Assembly (NCBI GenBank): GCA_028286615.1
Contig: JAQBRG010000004.1
Coordinates: forward strand, 111,867 to 175,866
Source: Parcubacteria group bacterium
GTDB taxonomy: Bacteria; Patescibacteriota; Minisyncoccia; Phycocordibacterales; Phycocordibacteraceae
Length of the DNA: 64,000 bases
Reading direction: 5' to 3'
Part shown: piece by piece, positions 19,304 to 29,601 of the stretch
Numbering within the stretch: position 1 is the first letter of the stretch
How the letters are laid out: each line of letters starts with the position of its first letter
Position numbers and translations under genes: made by a program
The notes under the pieces: generated by a model
What the model saw: the letters and a program-made list of their open reading frames with translations, nothing else
What the model was told of the DNA's origin: nothing
The model's database searches: none

Positions 19304-20518
19304 ATGAAGTTCCGCGTTGTTGTTAAGAGTGCAGAAGGCAAAGAAGAGAAGCGTCTCATGGATGCTCCTAATCGTTTTGCGGTATATAGCGAGATAGAGA
19401 AGGAAGGCTCCTCGGTCGTGTCTGTTGAAGAGGGGGCTGGAAGTCTTCTTCCTAAATGGGCCACCATTTCTATTGGTGGAGGAGGCGTTAAGACTGACGA
19501 GAAGATAACTTTCACAAAGAACCTCTCGGCCATGCTTGGAGCCGGACTTACGCTTTCTCGTGCACTCTCAGTTATTCAGCGACAGGCAACGAACAAGAAC
19601 CTGAAGCGCGTAACAAATACGCTTGAGAACGAGGTTAAGAAGGGAAGCGCATTCCATGAGGCGCTCGCAATGCATCCGCACATTTTCTCAAAGCTTTTCA
19701 TAGCGATGACAAAAGCGGGCGAGGAATCAGGAACACTTGCTGACGCGCTTAAGGTTGTAGCAAAGCAAATGGAACGCTCTAACAATCTTCAAAAGAAGGT
19801 TAAGGGAGCCATGATCTACCCATCTATTATTCTCGTAGCCATTCTGGTTATCGGAGTGCTTATGATGATCTTCGTGGTGCCAACACTTTCAGCAACGTTC
19901 AAATCGCTTAACGTAGACCTTCCTAAGGCAACTCAGATAATTGTTGCGATGTCTGACTTCATGGCGAACAATGCCATTTTGGTACTCGTACTTCTAGCCG
20001 CAGGTATTGGAGGATTCATTCTTTTCCTCAAGACCAAGATAGGAGGGACTATAACGCTCGCTATTTCGCTTCGCATTCCTGTTATTGGAGAGCTGGTACG
20101 CGAGACTATGAGCGCACGCGCAGCGCGCGCTATGTCCTCGCTTCTTTCTTCAGGAGTTGAAATGCTCTCAGCTCTCTCAATTGCAGGAGAGGTTGTTGGA
20201 GAGAATACGTTTGGAAAGGTTATTAAAGAAGCAGAAGAACGTGTACGTAAAGGAGAATCTCTATCTGCAGCGTTTGAAGCGCACAACAAGCTCTATCCTA
20301 TTTTCGTATCTGAGATGATTACGGTTGGAGAGGAGACAGGAAAGGTTGCAGACATGCTTGGGCAGGTTGCCGAGTATTATGAAAGCGATGTGGAGGAGCG
20401 AACAAAAGACCTCTCAACTATTATCGAACCGGTTCTCATGCTCGTTATCGGAGGATTCGTAGGAATCTTCGCTATCTCAATGATTTCTCCTATCTACTCG
20501 TTGTCTGACAAGATTTAG
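19304..20518 (+). CDS. pilC: Type IV pilus platform protein (PilC/GspF)
   Basis: AGEESGTL, KVKGAMIYP, VGEETGKV, IIEPVLM; TGcTACGAT 7 nt before ATG. Confidence 0.93.
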   Translation: MKFRVVVKSAEGKEEKRLMDAPNRFAVYSEIEKEGSSVVSVEEGAGSLLPKWATISIGGGGVKTDEKITFTKNLSAMLGAGLTLSRALSVIQRQATNKNLKRVTNTLENEVKKGSAFHEALAMHPHIFSKLFIAMTKAGEESGTLADALKVVAKQMERSNNLQKKVKGAMIYPSIILVAILVIGVLMMIFVVPTLSATFKSLNVDLPKATQIIVAMSDFMANNAILVLVLLAAGIGGFILFLKTKIGGTITLAISLRIPVIGELVRETMSARAARAMSSLLSSGVEMLSALSIAGEVVGENTFGKVIKEAEERVRKGESLSAAFEAHNKLYPIFVSEMITVGEETGKVADMLGQVAEYYESDVEERTKDLSTIIEPVLMLVIGGFVGIFAISMISPIYSLSDKI

Positions 20519-20608
20519 TTCGATACCTAGTCTGCAAGCAAAGCTGGTCGCAGGCTTAATCCAGTCTCACGAAATATGGTATACCTTCTTCAGAAGAAGG
20601 AGCGTTAA

Positions 20609-20803
20609 ATGAAGAGACATCTTGCAACTCGTGAATCTATCGCGAAGCTACAGGAGGCTCGCAAGAAGCGTGTGTCCCAAGCCCTGGCCAAGAAAGGGAA
20701 CGAAAACGGGCTTTCTAAGGCACAGGTCCACCAAGCCGTTATGTCTATATCCAAGTCTGGATATAGGGTGCCGGCAAAACTTGTGCCCAAAGTCCCCTCC
20801 TAG
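20609..20803 (+). CDS. Small basic hypothetical protein (SD-led cassette)
   Basis: AAGGAG SD, TATACC -10, hairpin agtcccctcc-ta-ggaggggact over the stop. Confidence 0.55.
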   Translation: MKRHLATRESIAKLQEARKKRVSQALAKKGNENGLSKAQVHQAVMSISKSGYRVPAKLVPKVPS

Positions 20804-20927
20804 GAGGGGACTTTCAGATTCTAGGATTAAGAAAAAGTTCCCAACATCGTCCCAGACAGCAATAGTATTTGATATTGGTGTATCCTCGTGGTTCACTAAC
20901 CGGCAGGTGGCAGTAAGGAGAATAAAA

Positions 20928-21170
20928 ATGGTCGATTGGTGTAAGCCGATCCGGTTCGAAAATGGCGAGCCATGCGAGCTGCAAAGAACGAATCCTGACG
21001 GATGGAAACAGTGGGGTACCCGTGAAGACGGCGCCTATCCAACTCGAGAAATCCACCGGCTTGGCATAGACGAATCAACGCTCGGTGGAGCAATGTCTGC
21101 TCATTGGTTCGTGCATGAAGACGGGGAAATACACTGGCCAGGCTATAACGTCGTGAATATTCCTGAGTAG
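20928..21170 (+). CDS. Hypothetical protein (SD-led cassette)
   Basis: TAAGGAG 7 nt before ATG; terminator 21181-21213. Confidence 0.65.
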   Translation: MVDWCKPIRFENGEPCELQRTNPDGWKQWGTREDGAYPTREIHRLGIDESTLGGAMSAHWFVHEDGEIHWPGYNVVNIPE

Positions 21171-21266
21171 AACAAGTGGCGCCGCCCTAGACTTCGATGA
21201 CTAGGGCGGCTTTACATACAAAACTTTCAAGATTGCCCTGAGCTCTCCGAGGTATAATGTTCCTAT

Positions 21267-21605
21267 ATGAAATACTTTGTCACATACCAAATGCCGCATA
21301 CAGGGTTAGATGAGTGGATGAAAATGCCAGAAGATGAACGAAAAGCCCAAGAGGTCCAGATGCAGTCCGATTGGAATACTTGGATGGCAGATCATAAAGA
21401 CGTGGTTACTGAAACTGCAGGTGTTGGAAAGCCTAAGCGCATAACTTCAACAGGAGTAGAAGATGCACGTAACGATTTAATGATGTACTCGTTTGTAGAG
21501 GCAGAATCAATCGAGGCAGCTGCAGAAATGTTTAAGAACCATCCGCACTTCGGTATCCCAGGAGCATGGATTGAGGTTATGTCAGTAAACAAGAACATAA
21601 ATTAA
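21267..21605 (+). CDS. YCII/DGPF-like protein
   Basis: MKYFVTY..WNTWM..YSFVEAESIEAAAEMFKNHPH..IEVM; TATAAT just upstream. Confidence 0.7.
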   Translation: MKYFVTYQMPHTGLDEWMKMPEDERKAQEVQMQSDWNTWMADHKDVVTETAGVGKPKRITSTGVEDARNDLMMYSFVEAESIEAAAEMFKNHPHFGIPGAWIEVMSVNKNIN

Positions 21606-21613
21606 ATTCAACC

Positions 21614-21663
21614 TTAGCTATGTAAAAAGCACGCCATCGATGGCGTGCTTTTTACATAGCTAA
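21614..21663. repeat. 50-bp perfect palindrome / bidirectional terminator
   Basis: ttagctatgtaaaaagcacgccatc|gatggcgtgctttttacatagctaa. Confidence 0.85.
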
Positions 21664-21673
21664 CAGAACTTAT

Positions 21674-22114
21674 TTATTGTGCAGATGCCCCAGCCTGCAC
21701 GTTAACTGAAAGCTTCTTGATGAGGTTTGAGAGGGTGTCGAGGAAGTTTCCTGTTCCTGCACGTGCCTGTGCCTCAAACTCGTCAAAGTTAGCGCTGATA
21801 GCAGCCCACTCCTGCTTGCCTGCTTCATCAGCATTTTCATATGAAGCAGCAAGGCGTGCGCGAACCGCAGCATACTGGTCCTTCAAAGAGTCATACGTTT
21901 CCCCAGCTTGTTCTCGTGCGCGAAGCGCAGTGAGGTCTGCCACTGCCTGAGCACGGACTGCGGTGCGATCCATAGCCTGCGCAGTTGTTGTTGCAGCTTG
22001 CTGAGTATTATTTACTGCCTTATCAGCGGCCCCTCGCCCAAAGGCAAGAAATGCTAGAAGCAAAAGTATGACCACGCCCACTACAATCCATACGTTCTTG
22101 TTAGTACTGTCCAT
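21674..22114 (-). CDS. Hypothetical membrane-anchored helical protein
   Basis: N-term TM VWIVVGVVILLLLAFLAF; Ala-rich helices. Confidence 0.7.
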   Translation of the reverse strand: MDSTNKNVWIVVGVVILLLLAFLAFGRGAADKAVNNTQQAATTTAQAMDRTAVRAQAVADLTALRAREQAGETYDSLKDQYAAVRARLAASYENADEAGKQEWAAISANFDEFEAQARAGTGNFLDTLSNLIKKLSVNVQAGASAQ

Positions 22115-22217
22115 ATCTTTGTATTTTTAATTAAGGTGTTCGACTACCTTACGACTAGGAACGTGTTGATTTCATGAAAGGGAATAGAGTCCGAGCAATG
22201 CGGTATCATACCTATAT

Positions 22218-23930
22218 ATGAAGCCCATGCGCGGCCTGTCCCTTATTGATGTGCTTGTAGGCACCGCTCTTTCTGTTGTTATATTTCTCGCACTCTTCGG
22301 ACTTCTTCGCGCTTCACTTCTCGTTTCTTCTCTCGCAAAAGCAAAAGCAGGCGCTACCGCTGTTGCAGACAGCCAGATGGAATATATTCGCTCTCTTGAT
22401 TACGACTCCGTTGGTGTTGCAGGAGGTATTCCAGCAGGAACCATCCCTCAGTACGCAACAACAACGCTCAACAGTATCCCGTACGGTGTTCGTACTCTCA
22501 TTGAATATTATGACGACGCTAAAGACGGTCTTGGGGCCAGCGACTCTAACGGCATCACAACCGATTACCGACGTATAAAGATAGCCATAACGTATTACGT
22601 GCGCGGGAAGCAGTATGAGGTTGATGTGATATCGAACTACGCACCTCCTTCCATAGAGACAACCGTTAACGGGGGAACTCTCAAGGTTGCGGTTGTGAAC
22701 GCGTCGGGTGTCGCGGTGTCTGGAGCTTCGGTTCGTGTGCAGAACACTAGTACTTCTCCAACGATCGACTTCACCACCTTCTCCGATATAACGGGCAGCA
22801 TCTCTCTTCCGGGCGCACCTACGTCAACGCAGTACCAGATTGCTGTTAGCAAGGCGGGATACTCAAGTGCACAAACATACGCGCGTGATGCAACTAATCA
22901 GAATCCAAACCCTGGATACTTCACCGTTGCAAAGAACCAGACAACAACAGGAACTTTTGCCATAGATCTCCTCTCCTCTCTTACGCTTCGTACGTTCTTG
23001 CCTATAGCTACCGGCACCTCAACTGATTCGTTCCCAAACAGCTCGAACCTCAGCAGCATGAGCAACACGGTAGTTTCTACAGGCGCCGTCGCACTAAGCT
23101 CAGTTGTTGGTGTATACAGCACTTCTGGCACTGCAGTTTCAACCACGACAGCTCCAACCTATCTCGCATCTTGGACTAGTGCTTCAGCAACTGAGTCAAA
23201 GCCAGCAAGTACGGACATACTGGTGCGTGTAGTTGATAGCTCGGGCACACCGCTCTCTGAGACTGATCTCCCGGGTAACAGCGCAGGCTTTACGACATTC
23301 CCTATAAACCTCTCAACTGTTTCAACAACTACGTACCCTAGCCTAGCTCTCTCAGCCACGCTTACAACTTCAGACACAACAGTTACGCCCCAGCTACAAG
23401 ACTGGGCGCTTGTATACAAGGCAGGACCGACGCCAGTTCCAAACGTTGCGTTCACGCTTACCGGCGCCAAAACAACTGGTTCAACAGGAGCGGGAGCTGC
23501 TATATACAAGACCAACGTTTCGAACACTACAGATTCAACAGGAAGCCGAACTATGAGTCTTGAGTGGGACTCATACAAGTTAGGGCTTACGAGCAACGAT
23601 GTTATTGATGCCTGCACTCCTCCTCCATACGCGCTTACGCCTGGAGTTTCTTACGACCAGTCTCTCTATCTGGGTACGGCAACAACGAACCGTGCGCTTA
23701 TCTCGGTACGTGACAATGCAGGTAACGTAGTGCCAGGAGCCTCAGTTACACTCGCGCGTACTGGCTTTACGCAGACCGTAACCACATCTAACTGCGGCAC
23801 GGCGTACTTCGGAGGGGTTACAAGTGCTACCAACTACACCGTTACCATTTCAAAGTCCGGCTATACTACCTCTACATACACCAATGTCTCAGTATCCGGA
23901 CAAACTTTCTATGCAGCATCATTCCCGTAG
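22218..23930 (+). CDS. Large pilin-like protein with Ser/Thr-rich Ig/carboxypeptidase-regulatory-like domains
   Basis: Class III signal RG|LSLIDVLVG; repeats GVAVSGASVRV..YQIAVSKAGY and GNVVPGASVTL..YTVTISKSGY. Confidence 0.8.
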   Translation: MKPMRGLSLIDVLVGTALSVVIFLALFGLLRASLLVSSLAKAKAGATAVADSQMEYIRSLDYDSVGVAGGIPAGTIPQYATTTLNSIPYGVRTLIEYYDDAKDGLGASDSNGITTDYRRIKIAITYYVRGKQYEVDVISNYAPPSIETTVNGGTLKVAVVNASGVAVSGASVRVQNTSTSPTIDFTTFSDITGSISLPGAPTSTQYQIAVSKAGYSSAQTYARDATNQNPNPGYFTVAKNQTTTGTFAIDLLSSLTLRTFLPIATGTSTDSFPNSSNLSSMSNTVVSTGAVALSSVVGVYSTSGTAVSTTTAPTYLASWTSASATESKPASTDILVRVVDSSGTPLSETDLPGNSAGFTTFPINLSTVSTTTYPSLALSATLTTSDTTVTPQLQDWALVYKAGPTPVPNVAFTLTGAKTTGSTGAGAAIYKTNVSNTTDSTGSRTMSLEWDSYKLGLTSNDVIDACTPPPYALTPGVSYDQSLYLGTATTNRALISVRDNAGNVVPGASVTLARTGFTQTVTTSNCGTAYFGGVTSATNYTVTISKSGYTTSTYTNVSVSGQTFYAASFP

Positions 23931-24507
23931 AGCGTTCTCGCTAGCCGAGACAGTTGTGGTTGTTGCTATTACCTCTGTAGTTGGCATAGCTATCACTGGA
24001 TCTATAGCGTACTTCTATAAAGCGAATGCATTCGTATTGCAGCAGGTTAGTTCTATTGATAGTGCGCACCGCGGTCTCGACATCTCTTTCCGCAACCTGC
24101 GAGAAGCTTCGTATGGAGACGACGGTTCGTATCCAATTGCGAGCGTTGCAACCTCCTCGATTATTTTCTTCAGCGATGTTGATAACGACGGGGTAGTGGA
24201 GAAGATTCGTCTGTATCTTCTTAACGGTACTTTATACCGCACGGTAGCTAATTCGGCCGGCAGCCCGCCTTCATACGTAGGACAGACAGAGGCTACCAGT
24301 ACAATCGCCACAACCGTGGTGAACTCAGCATCGACACCAATATTCAGGTACTACAACTCTGCGGGCACCGAACTAACGGGCACTATCAATCTTTCGCAGA
24401 TAACCTCAATTGAGACGCGTCTCGATGTGGACCTTAACCCGCTTCGTGCGCCGGACCTCTTCACGCTTAAGGCTTCAGCAACACTTCGCAACCTGCGGAC
24501 GCAGTAA
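23911..24507 (+). CDS. Minor pilin (PilW-like)
   Basis: RRA|FSLAETVVVVAI prepilin motif. Confidence 0.8.
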   Translation: MQHHSRRAFSLAETVVVVAITSVVGIAITGSIAYFYKANAFVLQQVSSIDSAHRGLDISFRNLREASYGDDGSYPIASVATSSIIFFSDVDNDGVVEKIRLYLLNGTLYRTVANSAGSPPSYVGQTEATSTIATTVVNSASTPIFRYYNSAGTELTGTINLSQITSIETRLDVDLNPLRAPDLFTLKASATLRNLRTQ

Positions 24508-24516
24508 TATAGAGAT

Positions 24517-25932
24517 ATGAAAAAAGCACCACGCGGATACCTCATGCTTCTCGCACTCGTGTTCGGTGCCATATTCCTTTTGGTACTCGGGGCGCTCTCG
24601 AGCTTTGTGCTCTCTGAAAACAAGCTGCAGTCTAGTGCAACAGCAAAGTCTCGAGGCCTCGCTATTGCTGAAGCCGGACTCGAATACTATCGATGGTTCT
24701 TGGCGCACAACCCAAACGACGTGCAGAACGGGACAGGCGTAGCTGGACCATATGTTATTCCCTACAACGATCCAGAGGGAGGAGAGACCGGCAGTATTTC
24801 TCTAGCCGTAACCGCAAACACTTCTTGCGGACTGACCACCTCAATAGATATTCGTTCAACGGGTACACCTTCTGAAAACGTTAACGCAAAACGTACTATC
24901 GCAGCTCGTTACGCACGTCCAACTGTTGCGCAGTACTCCTATATATTGAACGACAGCGTATGGGCAGGTTCAGATCGTGTTATTAGCGGACCGTATCACA
25001 GCAATGGAGGAGTGCGCATGGACGGCACCGCGAATTCTTCGGTAAGCAGCTCGCTTTCGACATGGCTCTGCACCTCGTCCTTCGGCTGTTCTTCTAACCA
25101 GACCAAAGCAGGAGTGTGGGGAGCAGGTACTAACCAGACACTTTGGAGCTACCCAACGCCACAAGTAGACTTCGCAGCTATCTCTGCCAACTTTGCTACG
25201 CTTAAAACAACCGCAACCGCGCAAGGATTGTATTTTCCTCGTTACAGTTCAGGCACAAGCGGCGTCTCTGCTAACAAGGGCTACCATCTTATTTTCAATA
25301 GCAACGGAACGGTTACGGTGTACCGTGTTTCAAACGAATACGTAACCGACATTCGAGCAGCGGTAGATGGTTCGGATGACACATCAGACTACGCTCGTAT
25401 AAAGACGGAAGCGCTCTACAACACATACACCATTCCTGCGAACTGCGGACTTATCTACATAGAGGACAATGTATGGGTTGAAGGCACGCTTAACAGCAAG
25501 GTTACGGTTGTTGCAGCAAATACTATTACTACGGGCGTGGCGCCAAACGCATACCTTCCAGACAACATTTCCTATGTAGCTACTGACGGAACCGACGGCC
25601 TCGCACTTATCGCTGAGAACAACATCCTTGTTACGCCCGACTCTCCTTCAACGATGAGCGTAAAGGGAATCTTTATTGCCCAGGACGGTGCCTTTGGACG
25701 CAATCTCTACGACTGCCCATCAAGCTTTGAGCCAAAAGGAACCCTCACCATCACTGGTACTACCGTTTCAAACAAGCGTACTGGTACGAAATGGGTAAAT
25801 GGATGCGGATCAAGTGACGGGGGCTACCAGACACGTATCGATACCTATGACCGTAAGCTTTCAACAGATCCTCCAGCATTTACGCCTTACACTAGTACCG
25901 ACTACAGCTTCGTTGAGTGGAAAGAGGAATAG
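24517..25932 (+). CDS. PilX-like minor pilin
   Basis: RG|YLMLLALVF..GLAIAEAGLEYY PilX N-terminal motif. Confidence 0.8.
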   Translation: MKKAPRGYLMLLALVFGAIFLLVLGALSSFVLSENKLQSSATAKSRGLAIAEAGLEYYRWFLAHNPNDVQNGTGVAGPYVIPYNDPEGGETGSISLAVTANTSCGLTTSIDIRSTGTPSENVNAKRTIAARYARPTVAQYSYILNDSVWAGSDRVISGPYHSNGGVRMDGTANSSVSSSLSTWLCTSSFGCSSNQTKAGVWGAGTNQTLWSYPTPQVDFAAISANFATLKTTATAQGLYFPRYSSGTSGVSANKGYHLIFNSNGTVTVYRVSNEYVTDIRAAVDGSDDTSDYARIKTEALYNTYTIPANCGLIYIEDNVWVEGTLNSKVTVVAANTITTGVAPNAYLPDNISYVATDGTDGLALIAENNILVTPDSPSTMSVKGIFIAQDGAFGRNLYDCPSSFEPKGTLTITGTTVSNKRTGTKWVNGCGSSDGGYQTRIDTYDRKLSTDPPAFTPYTSTDYSFVEWKEE

Positions 25933-26009
25933 ATACTTGCAGATTAAAGAAGGTTAGTGCGTAATGGGGGAAGACGTTAATGTCATCACATATTGTTCAA
26001 GAGGGTGCG

Positions 26010-26384
26010 ATGAGTGGAGCTTTAAACAGGCCCCTGACTGGGATTGAAGCTGCGCGTGCTGAGCTTCAGGCAAGTCAAATAGAAAGAGAACTTCGAAAGC
26101 TGCTTTTATCCATTCCGCAATTGCACGTAACTTCGCATGTCCAGGTGCGAAATCTGATGTTGGTAACCAAGCAAACGCCAGCAGAAGATTTTCAAAGAAA
26201 CGCGGTTTCGGTTGAGATACGCTCAAATGTATCTGCATCCCCGCTAGTTCGAGTTATCTGCAAATACGATGGCTGGCTGTACTGTCTCATTCGCGGCAAG
26301 ACCGCGTGGAGAGAATCAGCCACCCATCAAGCTTCAGTGTTCGACAAAATCAAACAGATCCTTGTGGAGAAGCTCCATACTTGA
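26010..26384 (+). CDS. Hypothetical protein (SD-led cassette)
   Basis: GAGGG before ATG 26010; hairpin about 26397-26424. Confidence 0.55.
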   Translation: MSGALNRPLTGIEAARAELQASQIERELRKLLLSIPQLHVTSHVQVRNLMLVTKQTPAEDFQRNAVSVEIRSNVSASPLVRVICKYDGWLYCLIRGKTAWRESATHQASVFDKIKQILVEKLHT

Positions 26385-26457
26385 GGAAACCTTAGAGGAG
26401 GCGGCCAACACAGCCGTCTCTTTCTGTATGTAGCCCCCAGCCTGCTATCATACGAGT

Positions 26458-27198
26458 ATGCTTATTGTCGGAAATTGGAAAGCGTACGTAGAAACGGTTG
26501 AAAAGGCCAAGAAGTTGTTTGCTTCTGCAAAGACTTTGGCTAGCAAGGGAGAGACGGAAATTGTAGTTGCTCCTCCAGCTCCATACCTCGGCGTTATTTC
26601 AGGAGGGAAGAATAAGGTAGCACTTGCTGCTCAAGATGTTTCTATAACTACCGGAGGCGCGCAGACAGGAGAAGTAACGGTTGCGCTCCTCGCGGAACTT
26701 GGTGTTACGTACGCTATTGTCGGACATTCCGAACGACGTGCTCGCGGAGAAACAGATGCGATGGTTGCGGAGAAGGTTCGTCATGCTCTCGCGCACGGCA
26801 TTACCCCCATTCTTTGCATAGGCGAAAAGGAACGAGATCCTGACGCGCAGTACCTAAAGCGTATCCGCGAAGAGATAACTTCAGTGTTCGTAGCACTCTC
26901 ACAGAAAGAACGTATGCAGATTGTTATCGCGTACGAACCTATATGGGCTATTGGGAAATCTGTACTTGAAGCCATAACCCCAGCAGAACTTGCTGAGATG
27001 GTGCTTTATATAAGAAAGGTGCTCGGAGAATTTCTTCCTGGACGCGGAAACCTGAAGTCCAGAGTTTTGTATGGAGGTTCAGTTGAGCCTGCTAATGCGC
27101 GACAGCTCGCAGCCGGCAGCGGTATTGATGGATTCCTTGTAGGGCGTGCAAGTACTGATGCTGCTACGTTTGCTGCGTTAGTTAAAGCAGTCTCTTAA
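26458..27198 (+). CDS. tpiA: Triosephosphate isomerase
   Basis: VGNWK, GHSERR, AYEPIWAIG, LYGGSV. Confidence 0.96.
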   Translation: MLIVGNWKAYVETVEKAKKLFASAKTLASKGETEIVVAPPAPYLGVISGGKNKVALAAQDVSITTGGAQTGEVTVALLAELGVTYAIVGHSERRARGETDAMVAEKVRHALAHGITPILCIGEKERDPDAQYLKRIREEITSVFVALSQKERMQIVIAYEPIWAIGKSVLEAITPAELAEMVLYIRKVLGEFLPGRGNLKSRVLYGGSVEPANARQLAAGSGIDGFLVGRASTDAATFAALVKAVS

Positions 27199-27202
27199 AA
27201 GT

Positions 27203-28348
27203 ATGCAGACGGTTCGCGACATCCCAATTCTCGAGAATATCCCTGTACTAGTACGTACGGCACTTAACGTACCTGTTAAGGACGGAAAGGTTGCGGGTGC
27301 CTTTCGTTTACATCGCGCACTTCCAACTATTAATTATCTTCGCGAGCGACATGCACGCGTTGTCCTAATTGGACACATTGGAGAGAAGGGAACAGAAACA
27401 CTTGAGCCCGTGTACCGAGCCATGAAGGAAATGGTGCCAGGACTTGAGTTCTGTCCGGTTACAACCGGTGAAGCTGCGCGTGCTGCTGTGCGGCAACTAG
27501 CACCAGGCGGCGTGCTTATGCTTGAGAACTTACGTAGAGACAAAGGAGAAGTTGGGAACGACAAGAAGTTTGCTACAGCGCTTGCCGAACTCGCTGACGT
27601 GTTTGTCATGGATTCCTTTGACGTATGTCACAGACCACACGCATCGGTTGTTGGGGTGCCTGAGCTGCTGCCGGCGTACGCAGGCCTTTTGGTTGAAGAA
27701 GAAGTGCGAGAACTTTCTAAAGCGCTTAAGCCAAAGCACCCATCGCTTGCGGTTATCGGAGGTGCAAAATTCTCAACAAAGGAACCAGTACTCAAGAAAC
27801 TTCTCGAACTGTACGACCATGTGTTTGTGGGAGGTGCACTCGCAAACGATTTCATGCAGGCACTTGGAAAACCTGTAGGAAAATCCCTTATATCAGGTGC
27901 AGACAAAGCTGCCGTCAAGATTCTTCTTGGAAACAGAAAGCTCGCTCTACCTCTTGATTACGTACTTGCTCCTATGGGTGCAGATAGAAGCGTAGGAAGA
28001 GTTGCTGCTACAGACGATGTGCAGCCAGAAGAAGCGATACTGGATGATGGGCCTAAGACTTCTGAAATGCTTAATGGATATGTCGCAAAAGCTAAGACAG
28101 TTCTTTGGAACGGACCTCTTGGAAACTACGAGCATGGATTTACTGATGGAACCGAAGCTTTTGCACACGCTATAGCAAAAAGTCCCACGCATTCTATCGT
28201 TGGAGGAGGGGATACTGTTGCTGCAATTGAGAAACGCGGGCTTACAGACCACATCTCATTCATTTCAACAGGAGGAGGAGCCATGCTCGATTTCTTAGCA
28301 TATGGAACGCTCCCAGGGCTAAAGGCTCTTGATAAGAAATATAAATAG
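27203..28348 (+). CDS. pgk: Phosphoglycerate kinase
   Basis: LNVP, LENLR, IGGAK, WNGPLG, GGGDT, ISTGGGA. Confidence 0.95.
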   Translation: MQTVRDIPILENIPVLVRTALNVPVKDGKVAGAFRLHRALPTINYLRERHARVVLIGHIGEKGTETLEPVYRAMKEMVPGLEFCPVTTGEAARAAVRQLAPGGVLMLENLRRDKGEVGNDKKFATALAELADVFVMDSFDVCHRPHASVVGVPELLPAYAGLLVEEEVRELSKALKPKHPSLAVIGGAKFSTKEPVLKKLLELYDHVFVGGALANDFMQALGKPVGKSLISGADKAAVKILLGNRKLALPLDYVLAPMGADRSVGRVAATDDVQPEEAILDDGPKTSEMLNGYVAKAKTVLWNGPLGNYEHGFTDGTEAFAHAIAKSPTHSIVGGGDTVAAIEKRGLTDHISFISTGGGAMLDFLAYGTLPGLKALDKKYK

Positions 28349-28420
28349 GGTATAATACCCTTCAGAACCGCCCCATTCTGCCCCTGAGACGGGCTCAGTT
28401 ATTTTCTTGGAGAGATCAAG

Positions 28421-29059
28421 ATGGCTGCTGCAATTCCGATGCGTGAACAAAAGGTCGAAAGATCAAGGAAGCACAACAAGTCCGAGACCCCCGTGAAGTA
28501 CCTTTTGGACAGCCCAAAAATACATATCAAGTCGGGTTTTCTGGATATTTGTCTTCTCGCCTTGGTCCCGGAATCACAAGACCCTGCGCCCTTCGCGATG
28601 GAGGTCGCCGACGGCGAAGAGACGATGGGTGAGGTCCGTCCTTTGGAAGATGCCGAGGCACCTTCGTCCAAGACTCGGCGCAGAAGGAAGACGGAGATTG
28701 AAGGTCGATTTAAGGACGGTCTCCAGACTGATCTGCGCGGCGCACTTCGCAAATTCTACTCCTTGCATGATGAGATCGAGAAGGGTGGCACAAACTCGTT
28801 CATCCTGATCCTGATGCGAGGAAAGCAAGCGCTGCACATTGACTACGAAAAAGGGAGATCCAAGAAAGGATCCAAGAAGCCCTATCATGTACGAGTCGGT
28901 CCGTACAAAGAGACCCAGATTCCTGCAAAAGGATGGACCATCTACTTCCGTCCCTCGGACGACTATAAGCCTCCCAAACCCAAACCGGAGCCCGCACCAT
29001 TCGTTTCCAAGGCTCAACTCGCTGCCGAAGCTGAGCAACGAGCAGCAGCAGCCAACTAA
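28421..29059 (+). CDS. Basic hypothetical protein (SD-led cassette)
   Basis: TATAAT upstream, GGAG SD; 212 aa, K/R-rich. Confidence 0.65.
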   Translation: MAAAIPMREQKVERSRKHNKSETPVKYLLDSPKIHIKSGFLDICLLALVPESQDPAPFAMEVADGEETMGEVRPLEDAEAPSSKTRRRRKTEIEGRFKDGLQTDLRGALRKFYSLHDEIEKGGTNSFILILMRGKQALHIDYEKGRSKKGSKKPYHVRVGPYKETQIPAKGWTIYFRPSDDYKPPKPKPEPAPFVSKAQLAAEAEQRAAAAN

Positions 29060-29136
29060 AAATCTGTCCTACAGCTAAATATTGTTTCAATACCTATTGA
29101 AACAACCCCCGGAGCTTTGCGGCCCCGGGGGATCTT

Positions 29137-29556
29137 CTATTCTATGGAAAGCACCGCGCGAAGTTTCTCAGCCAGCTTGCTGCTCTCGCTCGGGTTGTAC
29201 GGCGTCTTTGCTTGCCAATGCGCGTACCCGTCATTCTCAAAACGAGGAATGATATGTACATGCGTGTGAAAGACAGCTTGCCCTGCAGGCTCTTCATTAT
29301 TCATTTGAATATTGATGCCGTCTGCGCCAACAGTCTCCTTAATAACTGGAGTGAGCTTGTGTACGGTTTTCATAACAGCAGCAAACGATTCCTGGTTTAT
29401 ATCTAAGAGATTGCGAGACGGTACTTTTGGAATAACAAGCGCATGCCCAAGGTTAATTGGGTGCGAATCAAGAAAAGCTAGCGTATCTTCGTCTTCGTGT
29501 ATGATTTCAGCCGGGATTTCCCGGTTGATTATCTTCATAAAAATAGTATCTTCCAT
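29137..29556 (-). CDS. HIT-family nucleotide hydrolase
   Basis: TIFMKIINREIP..GQAVFHTHVHIIPR. Confidence 0.93.
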   Translation of the reverse strand: MEDTIFMKIINREIPAEIIHEDEDTLAFLDSHPINLGHALVIPKVPSRNLLDINQESFAAVMKTVHKLTPVIKETVGADGINIQMNNEEPAGQAVFHTHVHIIPRFENDGYAHWQAKTPYNPSESSKLAEKLRAVLSIE

Positions 29557-29601
29557 ACCCTCAGCATACTGGTTCGGCGTTTCTGATACAATGCGCCCAC
29601 G

